A DNA stretch of 64,000 nt from an uncultured Gemmatimonadaceae bacterium. Its GTDB lineage: Bacteria > Gemmatimonadota > Gemmatimonadetes > Gemmatimonadales > Gemmatimonadaceae. The DNA lies in contig CAWFQK010000006.1 in assembly GCA_963817955.1 (NCBI GenBank), forward strand, positions 32,001 through 96,000, given 5' to 3'. Below are positions 30,528-39,020 of the stretch, piece after piece (position 1 is the stretch's first letter; the number at the start of each line of letters is the position of its first letter). The position numbers and the translations under genes are program-made. The notes below the pieces were generated by a model. The model saw nothing but the letters and a program-made list of their open reading frames with translations, searched no databases and was not told the DNA's origin.

Positions 30528-31645
30528 TTCGACGCCTGCTTCACGGCCGGTTGTGCTGTCGATGTCTTCACGTCGACCTTGATGTTGGGAGTCAACCGCG
30601 ACTGCCCGTCGACGACGATCTGTTCTCCCATTGCGAGTCCTTTGTCAATCGTCGTGAGCTCGCCAACGGCCCGTCCGACGGTCACCGGGCGTACCTGCGC
30701 TGTCTTGTCGGCGCCCACGACGAACACGTAGCTGCCTTGTTGCCCCGATTGCACGGCGCGCGTCGGCACGGCGATCGCATTGAGCTCAACGCTGAGTTCG
30801 ACGCTCACCCGGACATACTCGCCGGGCCACAAGGTGTTCAGGTGATTCTCAAATCGCGACTTGGCCGTCACCGTTCCGGTCAGCGAATCCACCGCGTTGT
30901 CGAGAAATGCGAGCGCACCGACCTCTCCCACCTTGCCACTGTCCGCCATTACGACGCGGACCGGCACCGGGCCGCGCGCGTTGCGCCGCTGCAGTGCGGG
31001 AAAGTCATGCTGCGCCACCGGAAAGCGGACGAGAATGGGATGCAACTGGTTGATGACGACCAGCGGATCCGAGCCCGGCTTGACGAGATTCCCCTGCCGC
31101 ACGAGCAGGCGCCCGGTGCGACCGGCGATCGGCGCGCGGATCGTGGTGTAATTCAAATTGAGTCGGGCGTTGTCGACGGTGGCCTTGTCTGCCTGCACCG
31201 TGGCGCTGGTGGCCGTCGCGGCAGACGCCACCTGATCGGCTTGCGACTTGGTGACATAGTCCTTCTCCACGAGCGCCTTGTAGCGATCCGCGTCGCGCTG
31301 TGCGTTCTGTGCCTGCGCTTCGTCGCGTGCCAACGTGGCTTGTGCCTGCCGCAGCGCCGCTTCAAAAGGACGTGGATCAAGACGGAACAGCACTTGGCCG
31401 GCCTGCACGTCATCGCCTTCGCGGAACGACACGGCATCGAGTGTTCCGCCCACCTGGGCTTGCACGGCCACCGTTTGCATGGGCTCGACGATGCCGTTCT
31501 CTTCGAGCGTCAGTGGCGCGGAGATCGTCGAGGCCTGCGCGACCTGGACGGGAATGGTTGGCGTTTTCTGGACGGGCGGCGTGGCGCACGCGGCCAAGGC
31601 GATCGCAGAGAGGGCTACAGGAATTCGATATGAATGGATACTCAT
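30524..31645 (-). CDS. RND periplasmic adaptor (MFP), lipoprotein, MdtA-like
   Basis: LAAC lipobox, QVGG, GQVLF.LD, IRAPIAG, LWPG, VVDGQ.RL. Confidence 0.92.
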   Translation of the reverse strand: MSIHSYRIPVALSAIALAACATPPVQKTPTIPVQVAQASTISAPLTLEENGIVEPMQTVAVQAQVGGTLDAVSFREGDDVQAGQVLFRLDPRPFEAALRQAQATLARDEAQAQNAQRDADRYKALVEKDYVTKSQADQVASAATATSATVQADKATVDNARLNLNYTTIRAPIAGRTGRLLVRQGNLVKPGSDPLVVINQLHPILVRFPVAQHDFPALQRRNARGPVPVRVVMADSGKVGEVGALAFLDNAVDSLTGTVTAKSRFENHLNTLWPGEYVRVSVELSVELNAIAVPTRAVQSGQQGSYVFVVGADKTAQVRPVTVGRAVGELTTIDKGLAMGEQIVVDGQSRLTPNIKVDVKTSTAQPAVKQASK

Positions 31646-33093
31646 CGGCCGGGTCTCGCGTCCGGTGCCGGTGTCACGGGCATGAAGGTGGTGTCGCCGC
31701 GCGCGTCGAGCACGCCGGCGTCATGGGCGAGCTGGGCCAGGGCCGTGCGCCACTGCCAGCGCGCATCGACCGCTTGGGCGCTGGCGGTCGCGAGCGCGCT
31801 CTGCGCCACGAGGAGATCGACGATACTGCCGACCCCTTCGCGGTAGCGCTCGCGTGCCACCTGCTCCGATTGCGTGGCGCTCGCCAGAAGGTCCCGCGAC
31901 GTCCGCACCTGATCGGTGGCTGTCCGCAGCGTGTAGTACGCGTTGAATACCTGCTGCACGATCTGCTGCCGCGTCAACTCGGTACGGGCGAGCGCCGCCT
32001 GATACTGCTCCGACGCCGACGCAACGTCATACTGTTGCGACTGACCGCTGAACACCGGAATGGACACCCCGAGGTTCAGGGCGTACGTGCGACCGGCAAA
32101 CGTGGAGACATTCGATCCATTCGACCCGCCCACGCCGGTGAGCGCCAGCGCCGGAAGCATGGCCGATCGCGCCACGCGAATCTGAGACGACGCCGCCATG
32201 GCCTGCGCTCGCGCCGTGGCCAGCTCGGGGCGGTTCTGCACGGCCAGGTTGATCAGCGAATCCACCGACTGCGCCACGAAGTACACGGAATCGCCGGCGG
32301 GAATATTGGGAATGTCTACCGGCGTATTGGCGGGAACGCCCATCGCCACCGCGAGTCCGCCACGGGTGATTTGCAGCGCGCCCTCCAACGACTCCAGCTG
32401 GAGCTCCGCCTGCGAGCGCGCAGTCTGTGCCTGCAACACATCGGCGATCGTCGCCAGTCCGACGCGGTGCCGTTCGTTCGCTGCATCCAATGCGGCCGCC
32501 GCCAACTGCACCGAGCTTTGCTGCGCATCGCGTTGCGCCCGGGTCGACAGATAGCTGAACGCCGCCGCCTCCACCTGCAGAATGGTGTTCTGGACGGTCG
32601 CGTTGTGCGTCAGATCGGCGGCCACCGCGGTCTGCCGAGCGACGTCGATCATCCCCGAGCGTCCTCCGAAATCCAGCACGGTGTACGACAGGCTGAGCGA
32701 CGGTCCGTAGACCATGCGCCCCACCGGCGGACGCCCCAGGGTGGCGAGCGATGTTTGCTGCGTCCCCGTGAGGCCGGCGGTCAGCGTCGGCAGATATTTG
32801 CCTTCGCTCGAGCCATACACATCGGCAGCCGCGCGCGCCTGCGACCAGGACATCCGCGTCGCCGGGCTATTGCGCAACGCGAGGTCGACGATTTGTGGCA
32901 GCGTGAGTTGCCGTGCCGCGCTCACCGACAGATGCACGGCACCGGTGTCGCGCGCCGGCTGAGGCTTCACCGTCTCTCCCTGCAGCCACGAGCTCCCCGG
33001 ACTGGACGGCGTCGGAGCGACGCCGTCGATGTCCGGCGGATGCGTCGCACATGCGGCGCACAGTACTGCGGCCGCAATAGCCCAACGTGTCAC
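31642..33093 (-). CDS. TolC family outer membrane efflux protein (lipoprotein)
   Basis: Lipobox-like CAAC, AL.NSP, VGLAT.ADVLQA, YREGVGS.VDLL.AQ repeats. Confidence 0.9.
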   Translation of the reverse strand: MTRWAIAAAVLCAACATHPPDIDGVAPTPSSPGSSWLQGETVKPQPARDTGAVHLSVSAARQLTLPQIVDLALRNSPATRMSWSQARAAADVYGSSEGKYLPTLTAGLTGTQQTSLATLGRPPVGRMVYGPSLSLSYTVLDFGGRSGMIDVARQTAVAADLTHNATVQNTILQVEAAAFSYLSTRAQRDAQQSSVQLAAAALDAANERHRVGLATIADVLQAQTARSQAELQLESLEGALQITRGGLAVAMGVPANTPVDIPNIPAGDSVYFVAQSVDSLINLAVQNRPELATARAQAMAASSQIRVARSAMLPALALTGVGGSNGSNVSTFAGRTYALNLGVSIPVFSGQSQQYDVASASEQYQAALARTELTRQQIVQQVFNAYYTLRTATDQVRTSRDLLASATQSEQVARERYREGVGSIVDLLVAQSALATASAQAVDARWQWRTALAQLAHDAGVLDARGDTTFMPVTPAPDARPGR

Positions 33094-34325
33094 GGCGTAG
33101 CCTTCGCCTCACGAACCACCGGCGCCGCGGTACGCCGGAGATTCGCGGCGATCGCCAGCTTGGGCGGGGTGGTAGGCTTTGTCGTCATGATCGCGCCGAG
33201 TTGCACGACCTTGTCGCCCTCCTTCAATCCGTCGATCACCTGCACCACGCGAAGGTCCGTGGGACCGGTCTTCACGAAGCGCATTTCATAGGTGCCATCA
33301 GGCAGCGCCACCACCGCGTAGCGGCCCGGCACGCCGGTCGTTCCCTCTCCCCCCGTCAGATCGGTTCGCAACTGAGCGATCAACGTGTCGACGGATACAC
33401 CGAACATCCGCGACACCGGCGCCAACTCATTCGTCGGCCGGATGGCATCGATCGGAACTTGCAGGGTGTTCTTGAGGTCGCCGGCGCTGATGGTCACTTC
33501 GCCGTTCATGCCCGGCATCAACAGGCCTTCCTTGTTGTCGATGCTCACCAGCACGGGGAAGAACGTCACGCCCTGCGTGACGACGGCCTGCGGCTCCACC
33601 TTCTCGATTGTGCCCAAGAAATCGCGGTCCCGATAGGCATCCACTGCAACCGTCGCTTTCTGACCGACGCGCACGTTGGCCATCTCCACTTCGTCGATCG
33701 TCACGCGCATGCGAACGCGCGACAGATCGGCGATCGTCATCAGCGTGGTACCGCCGTTGGGCGACGTCGCTGACGTGATGATCGTTCCCTGGGTCGTCGG
33801 CCGGCTGACGATCGTACCGGAGATTGGCGCTTCCATCGTGGCGTCCTCGAGCTTCTGGCGTGCCAGATCCAGATTGGCGCGCTTGTCCACCAGGTCAGAA
33901 GCCGCCGCCGAATACGTCGATTTCGAGCTGTCATGTGCCGAGGCGGTCACCACATGGCGTACGAACAGCGAATCCAACCGCGCACGATCACGCATGACCT
34001 GGTTCAACGTCGTCATGGAGACAACGTCGTCGGCCATTGCCTGATCGTACTGATTCTTCACGTCACGCGGGTCGATCACCGCGATGATCTGGTTTCGCTT
34101 TACGACACTGCCGACTTCCACGGGCAGCTGCGTGACCATGCCCTGAGCCTTCGATTTGACGTCCACCGGGTCGATCGGCTCGACCACGCCGGTGGCCTGG
34201 ACGCGGATGGCGATATCGGCCTTGGAAGCGGTGTCCGTGGGAATGTTCGCCATCGCGGTCTGCTCGGCCTGGCAGCCGGCAATGGCAATCGCAACGAGGA
34301 GCGGGGAGATGCGTCGCAGAAACAT
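33090..34325 (-). CDS. Second periplasmic adaptor (MacA/HlyD-like), lipoprotein
   Basis: IAGC lipobox, ATGVVEP...VKSK, APISGTI, IADLS, IDE, LMPGM. Confidence 0.85.
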   Translation of the reverse strand: MFLRRISPLLVAIAIAGCQAEQTAMANIPTDTASKADIAIRVQATGVVEPIDPVDVKSKAQGMVTQLPVEVGSVVKRNQIIAVIDPRDVKNQYDQAMADDVVSMTTLNQVMRDRARLDSLFVRHVVTASAHDSSKSTYSAAASDLVDKRANLDLARQKLEDATMEAPISGTIVSRPTTQGTIITSATSPNGGTTLMTIADLSRVRMRVTIDEVEMANVRVGQKATVAVDAYRDRDFLGTIEKVEPQAVVTQGVTFFPVLVSIDNKEGLLMPGMNGEVTISAGDLKNTLQVPIDAIRPTNELAPVSRMFGVSVDTLIAQLRTDLTGGEGTTGVPGRYAVVALPDGTYEMRFVKTGPTDLRVVQVIDGLKEGDKVVQLGAIMTTKPTTPPKLAIAANLRRTAAPVVREAKATP

Positions 34326-34337
34326 GGAAGGAAATTG

Positions 34338-34781
34338 TTAGGGGGCTTGGCCAGTGGACACGAGCTGCTCGCGACTGCGCTGCTGTAGGCGGCGGAACGC
34401 ATCGCGCTGTGGGCCGGTGAGGACTTTCTCGATGTCGGCACGCACGTCCGTCACGAGACGGTCGACGCGCGGACGAATATCTTCACGGAGCGCGCTGAAT
34501 TGTCCGGCGCGTTCGGACATGATACGGTCGATCGCGCTGTCCTGATTCGCCGTCAGAGCGAGCGCGTGTGACAACTGCGCAAGGTACTGCTGTCGGTCTT
34601 CCGTCGTCGGAGACCGGAGGACGGACGACAACGGATGGAATGTCGTGTCATACAACGGCACGATGCGGTCCGAGCGGAGCATGGCGCGGTCTATCGCTGC
34701 GCCAGCAAACCCGCTTCCCAGCACGAGCCCGACCAGGGCGACCACTGCCCGCGAGCGCGAGGTACCGCCCGATTGGATCAT
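34338..34781 (-). CDS. Membrane-anchored periplasmic protein (Spy/CpxP/ZraP-like LTxxQ helices)
   Basis: N-terminal TM, LALTANQ and VLTGPQ motifs; TAATG overlap with the upstream gene. Confidence 0.6.
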   Translation of the reverse strand: MIQSGGTSRSRAVVALVGLVLGSGFAGAAIDRAMLRSDRIVPLYDTTFHPLSSVLRSPTTEDRQQYLAQLSHALALTANQDSAIDRIMSERAGQFSALREDIRPRVDRLVTDVRADIEKVLTGPQRDAFRRLQQRSREQLVSTGQAP

Positions 34782-35176
34782 TACCGCGAACCTCGCACGC
34801 GCGCACCCGGTGCGACCTCGGTCGTCACCAGCAAGTCGAGCAGATTCTGAGACGACATACGATTCGTGGCGGCGCCGAGTAGGGCGATGCGCGGCGCCGG
34901 GAACACGTCCGGGTTCCGCCGAGTGGACGCGACGAAGAGACAGAGTCCTGCGGCGAGAGCAGTCAGGGCGCCACATGGGATCAACAGGCCGGCCCAACGC
35001 TCCGCATAGTCCCAGATAGTTTGGCCAGCCGCGCGCGCGCCAAGCTCGGACGCGGCGGCGGCGCAGATACGCGCGCTCAGATCGGTCAGATCACGGAGAC
35101 CAATAGAAGCCGCGGCGCCAGACTGGTGCAGCAAATCGGCGAGCGCATTGTCGCGCGCGGGATCGTGACGCCTCAT
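34781..35176 (-). CDS. Putative anti-sigma factor (single TM)
   Basis: Small single-TM protein overlapping the ECF sigma stop (ATGA). Confidence 0.55.
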   Translation of the reverse strand: MRRHDPARDNALADLLHQSGAAASIGLRDLTDLSARICAAAASELGARAAGQTIWDYAERWAGLLIPCGALTALAAGLCLFVASTRRNPDVFPAPRIALLGAATNRMSSQNLLDLLVTTEVAPGARVRGSR

Positions 35177-35823
35177 GCGCTCACGCCGCGAAGGTGCACC
35201 AGCGCATCGCGGAGCTGGCGCCGGCCAACGTGGAGGTGCCAGCGGATGGTTGCGGGCGATGAATCCAAGAACTCGGCGATCTCATTAATGGAGAAACCGT
35301 CGAGCTCGAATAGCTCCACCACCATTCGCCGGCGGGGGGGCAGGACGGCGACGGCCCGTCGAACGCGATCGAACAGGTCCGACCGCTCGACGCGAGCCGA
35401 AGGCAATTCGCCGCCATCGGTGAACTGATCCGAGAGGGGTTCGGTAGAGCGAAGGGACCGGGACGCGGCCAGGTCGATACCGCGATTGACGATGATACGC
35501 GACAGCCACGGCCAGAAGGGGCGATTGGCGTCGAAGTCGCCGATATGTCGCAATGCTGACAGAAAGGCGTCCTGGACGAGGTCCTCGGCGTCCTGTTTCT
35601 GTCGGAGAAGGCGCGTGGCCAGTGCCAGAGCGCGCGGAAGATGCTGCCCGACCAACGTTCCGAACGCCGAGCTGTCTCCTTCACGCACCGCCTGTATGAG
35701 ACGCTGCTCCGCGGCCGCCTCGTCCGTGAGTAGGACGGGTCGGGAGAATTCGCGTGTTGACGCGACGGTTGGGGCAGTTGGGGCGGCCAGGGGGCCGCTC
35801 TGGAGAGGGCGTTTCATTTCCAT
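35173..35823 (-). CDS. ECF RNA polymerase sigma-70 factor
   Basis: GD..AF..LV, DAEDLVQDAF, WL.RI..N, LP..RR, GFS..EIA; start uncertain. Confidence 0.92.
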   Translation of the reverse strand: MEMKRPLQSGPLAAPTAPTVASTREFSRPVLLTDEAAAEQRLIQAVREGDSSAFGTLVGQHLPRALALATRLLRQKQDAEDLVQDAFLSALRHIGDFDANRPFWPWLSRIIVNRGIDLAASRSLRSTEPLSDQFTDGGELPSARVERSDLFDRVRRAVAVLPPRRRMVVELFELDGFSINEIAEFLDSSPATIRWHLHVGRRQLRDALVHLRGVSA

Positions 35824-35894
35824 AGATAGGTACGGCCACCCTCGCCCCGGCGTTTGGTCCACCGGTATTGCGCTCGCACCGGAAGGGAAGCAAA

Positions 35895-35920
35895 GCGGCG
35901 CCCCGAACGAGAGGCGCCGC
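35895..35920 (-). terminator. GC-rich hairpin, possible terminator at the left edge of the three-gene cassette
   Basis: GCGGCGCC-N10-GGCGCCGC followed by TTTGCTT on the minus strand. Confidence 0.45.
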
Positions 35921-36131
35921 CACGTTCATTCTATTGACGTTACGCGTCCTGGGGACGGACTGTTGTGGGACACGGGACCGGCGTCGCTCATTTCGTTGTC
36001 GTGTCAGCTACTGGCAGGCATGCCGACTGCACGGTGTGCTGGCCTCGAACAGGTCGCGACGTGCGATCGGGTCAGTCTCCATACTATGGCGAGAGGTCCC
36101 ATGCGTAGACATCTCTTCTTTCAGACGCTGG

Positions 36132-36966
36132 CTATTGCGCATCTGGTGGCGGTTCGCCGACGCCCCGATTGCTTAGCGAGTCGAGGTCGAGCCTGCGGGT
36201 GTTCCGAACATCATGCAACGTGAACGCATCCTCGGAGACCACCATCACATGTTTCAGTTTGACGCCTTCAATTCCGTCAAACACCTTCTTGAATCCCGGA
36301 ACAAAGTCGTCTTCCAACGGATGTCGGACCAGCTCCTTGCCGAACTCCTCCACCCGCATCGTGACCCAGACAGAGGGAATGACGTACGACTCGTTCGCAG
36401 ACAATTCGTCATCGCGAGGAGTCACAAGAAGGTAGACGCCGGTAAAATGAGCTCCCCATTTTTTGTACAGCCTCTCGAGCCTTTCGGATGATTCGTCGAG
36501 GCGGCGTACGAACTCGTTGGGAAATGAATCGCGCCTGTAACGACGCGCCAACCACGAACCAACCAGGCGGCACTGGTCGCGCGAGAGGGGAGTCGACGAG
36601 TCGGGGCCCGCCGCCTCCAAGATTCGTCGGTCTATTTCTCGGCGCTCAAGTGCGGATAGCTCCACCGCTGTGGCTTCGTTGGCGGCAACCAGGTTTAGAT
36701 GCAGTCTCCGCAGACTCTTGCCGTGAAGAAGACTACCGTTCGCTTCGGCAATTATGGTCCCGCGGATAATTTCGACGCGGGGCTCGACCACATAGTTCTT
36801 GTGCGCAACATCGCAATCCTGACTGACGACGATTGCTCGGTGGGCCTCTGGCGAGAACTCTAGACCCGTCGCTTCACTGAGTGACGCAAATAGGGAGGGT
36901 GGTACAGACGGAACCTTGCCGCCATCCAAGTTTGTTCACCGCCGAGGCGTCTTGGTTCGTCGACAC
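36132..36966 (-). CDS. Conserved-looking hypothetical protein with WRQGS and VVSQDCD motifs; apparent +1 frameshift near 36907
   Basis: ORF 36132..36929 carries VVSQDCD, EP.VE, GK..R.L, WLARRY.R.SFP..F..RL; upstream GTG (36966) frame reads MSTNQDASAVNKLGWRQGSV, 17 bp after the previous stop. Confidence 0.7.
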
Positions 36967-36983
36967 GACTTAACCGCTTTCGT

Positions 36984-37730
36984 TCAGTCAAGCGATTCGT
37001 CATTCAAGGCATCGATACGCAGTTGCCCAATGTCATCTGGCGCCGAGGATATGCCGTACTCCTTCATGACGCTCGCGACAGACCGGTAACCGGAACGCTG
37101 CCTGCGCGACTCAGTGGCGCTGAGCGAGTCGCTGATAACGGACAGCGCCCTTTGTACGCGGCCGATATCAATTTCTGGCTCCATCAGGAGAGATACTAGC
37201 GACTCTCCGTCCTCCAGCGGTGCAATGAGAAGCTTGCCAACCGGCCCCGAGTGTCGACGCGACCAGTCGGTAGCGATGTCGTAGAGCTGTTTCAGTCTTT
37301 GAAGCTGGACGCGACGTGGCGACGCCCCTCTTAGCCATGAATAGATGGCCGGACGGCCGACTTGCATCGCCTCCGCGAGTTGCGAGACGTTCAGCGACAA
37401 CGCCCGACGAACAGCCCTCAATCGGTCTGTGACCGAAACGGCTAGCTCATCGTTCCCACCAGACGTCGCGGGCACGTCATGAACGGTTGTTGCACGCGCG
37501 TCGACGACATAGGGGCTTGTGCTCGGAAAGGTTGAGACGTAGGCCGGAGCAGTGAACCCGCCGGTGCCGACCGTGAACAGCAGTCCGAGCAGGACCATGA
37601 GGTCTGCTGGCTGATAGCGCCCCAAGAACGAGGTTGTCGCCGTGGGATATCCGGAGTTCAACGACGAAGCAATGGCTTCGGAATACCCAGCTTCGAGCAA
37701 ACCAGAAGCAGGTTCACCAATCATTTCCAT
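36984..37730 (-). CDS. XRE-type HTH protein with N-terminal hydrophobic VGTGG segment
   Basis: LRAVRRALSLNVSQLAEAMQVGRPAIYSWLRG is an HTH pattern; overlaps the upstream gene by 10 bp. Confidence 0.75.
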   Translation of the reverse strand: MEMIGEPASGLLEAGYSEAIASSLNSGYPTATTSFLGRYQPADLMVLLGLLFTVGTGGFTAPAYVSTFPSTSPYVVDARATTVHDVPATSGGNDELAVSVTDRLRAVRRALSLNVSQLAEAMQVGRPAIYSWLRGASPRRVQLQRLKQLYDIATDWSRRHSGPVGKLLIAPLEDGESLVSLLMEPEIDIGRVQRALSVISDSLSATESRRQRSGYRSVASVMKEYGISSAPDDIGQLRIDALNDESLD

Positions 37731-38533
37731 CTTTGCTCCACCGCGTACGGTTGCACTGCAAGGCGGAACGCCTCGCTCGCGACTTTGTGTAGCGAATCCA
37801 GCCTGTCGACTAGAGTTTTCGGTTCGAATTCCATATCCCCGGCCGCGTAATGGTCGAAGTCCAAGAGCGCGACCGGTTCATCTGGTCGAAGCTGCACTTC
37901 GTAGTGAAGCGGCGATGGAGTGAGGTCCGGCGGAAGGAATTGTCCGGTGTTGAGTTGAGTGCTTCTAACGGTCAGCAGACTATCGGCGAGCTGTGCGACA
38001 GAATGAGACAGCGCAAAAGCTTTAGTAACGCCCGCGGTCTGGAGTTCACCGAAGGGAAATCCAACTAACCCGGGCTTCAGGTACTGGCCGAATGATTCGC
38101 CGGGCTCCATCCGCACCAAATCGACGTAACGAATTCCCACCCGCTCGACGAGTCTGACGTCTATCTCGCTCGCCACGGCCTCTAAAACGGGACTCAGGAT
38201 TGAGCTAAACCATTCAAAGGTCTTGTAGTGGCTCGTATGTAGGACTACAAACTGTGGCGTAAGCATCACGCCGGTCATTCGGTCTCGAGACAAAAAGTCC
38301 CACCGCTCCACTGAGTCAATTCGCGGAGTTACGCCCGGCCCCAAGACAATGTTTTGGATTTCGCTCTTCTCGAACCGCGGGAACCCAAAGTCCAAATCCT
38401 TCAACTTTTCCTGAAGGGCTGGCACAGACCGAGAAATTGTGAGCACAGGTGAGAACCGCACCTGCGCCAAGACATGTACTAGAGGAGCTTTGTTCAGCTT
38501 CCTTGAGTCTGTCTGGCTTTCTGGCTGATTCAT
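37721..38533 (-). CDS. TIGR04255-like family protein
   Basis: L.KAPLVHVLAQVRFSP, Y.TF..F, RVGIRYVD, LLDFDHY, L..LH....EAF recalled as the TIGR04255 pattern. Confidence 0.78.
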   Translation of the reverse strand: MNQPESQTDSRKLNKAPLVHVLAQVRFSPVLTISRSVPALQEKLKDLDFGFPRFEKSEIQNIVLGPGVTPRIDSVERWDFLSRDRMTGVMLTPQFVVLHTSHYKTFEWFSSILSPVLEAVASEIDVRLVERVGIRYVDLVRMEPGESFGQYLKPGLVGFPFGELQTAGVTKAFALSHSVAQLADSLLTVRSTQLNTGQFLPPDLTPSPLHYEVQLRPDEPVALLDFDHYAAGDMEFEPKTLVDRLDSLHKVASEAFRLAVQPYAVEQRWK

Positions 38534-38568
38534 ACACTAAAACATACACATAAACATACACCTGGCAA
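38531..38568 (-). promoter_or_regulatory. Putative sigma70 promoter (TTGCCA-N16-TATGTT, leaderless) overlaid by three GTGTATG direct repeats
   Basis: Minus strand TTGCCA (38568-38563), TG-extended TATGTT (38546-38541), ATG 7 nt downstream; CATACAC at 38531, 38543, 38555. Confidence 0.6.
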
Positions 38569-38717
38569 TACGCAATGCGACGCTCCCGGTTTCAGTTGTG
38601 AATCTGGCCAAAAAAAACGCACCGCTTACCAATAGAACGGCGATCCCATCGGTGGGAGGGGTAAGTCGAACAATTCGGACTAGCGCTCTCGTCTAAACAC
38701 AAAAACCGGCACAAACA

Positions 38718-38750
38718 GAACGGCGCCCGAACACGAGTCGGGCGCCGTTC
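38718..38750 (-). terminator. Rho-independent terminator downstream of the tRNA locus
   Basis: Perfect 13-bp stem GAACGGCGCCCGA/TCGGGCGCCGTTC, 7-nt loop, T-rich tail on the minus strand. Confidence 0.7.
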
Positions 38751-38788
38751 ATCGTCTATCTCGTTGTGGCACTTAAAGCTTTCTTCAA

Positions 38789-38830
38789 TGCCCGAGGACG
38801 GAATCGAACCGCTGACACGCGGACTTTCAG
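38789..38830 (-). pseudogene. 3' half of a tRNA-Phe(GAA) (pseudo-tRNA / att-like remnant)
   Basis: Minus strand CTGAAAGTCCGCGTGTCAGCGGTTCGATTCCGTCCTCGGGCA: anticodon loop, T-arm and 3' acceptor strand; no D-arm or 5' acceptor. Confidence 0.7.
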
Positions 38831-38850
38831 ATCGGATGTCGACGATTCAG

Positions 38851-38922
38851 AGGTGCGGGCGAGAATCGAACTCGCGAATAGCGGTTTTGCAGACCGCTGC
38901 CTTACCACTTGGCTACCGCACC
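38851..38922 (-). tRNA. tRNA-Cys (GCA)
   Basis: GGTGCGG TA GCCAAGTGGTAAGGC A GCGGT CTGCAAA ACCGC TATT CGCGAGTTCGATTCTCGC CCGCACC T; complete cloverleaf, CCA not encoded. Confidence 0.95.
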
Positions 38923-39020
38923 GATTGAGCTCTCAAGCTATTCACCCGGAGTGGCTTCCTCAAGGCAACGCGAGTCGGCCCATCGCGTCCGGCGCAGCTC
39001 TTGAATACTATGGCGTAAGG

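Noticed and set aside
28764..33291. Long antisense ORFs (28764..30731, 31300..33291; also 53780..56161, 20642..22279, 17912..19339)
   Set aside because: Shadow ORFs opposite well-supported genes, expected in high-GC DNA
35880..38930. Prophage or integrative element at the tRNA locus
   Set aside because: No integrase, phage or conjugation genes; only a small cassette and an att-like remnant
38766..39020. N-terminal extension of the PAP2 ORF from 38766
   Set aside because: It runs antisense through tRNA-Cys and the tRNA-Phe fragment; true start is more likely 39021
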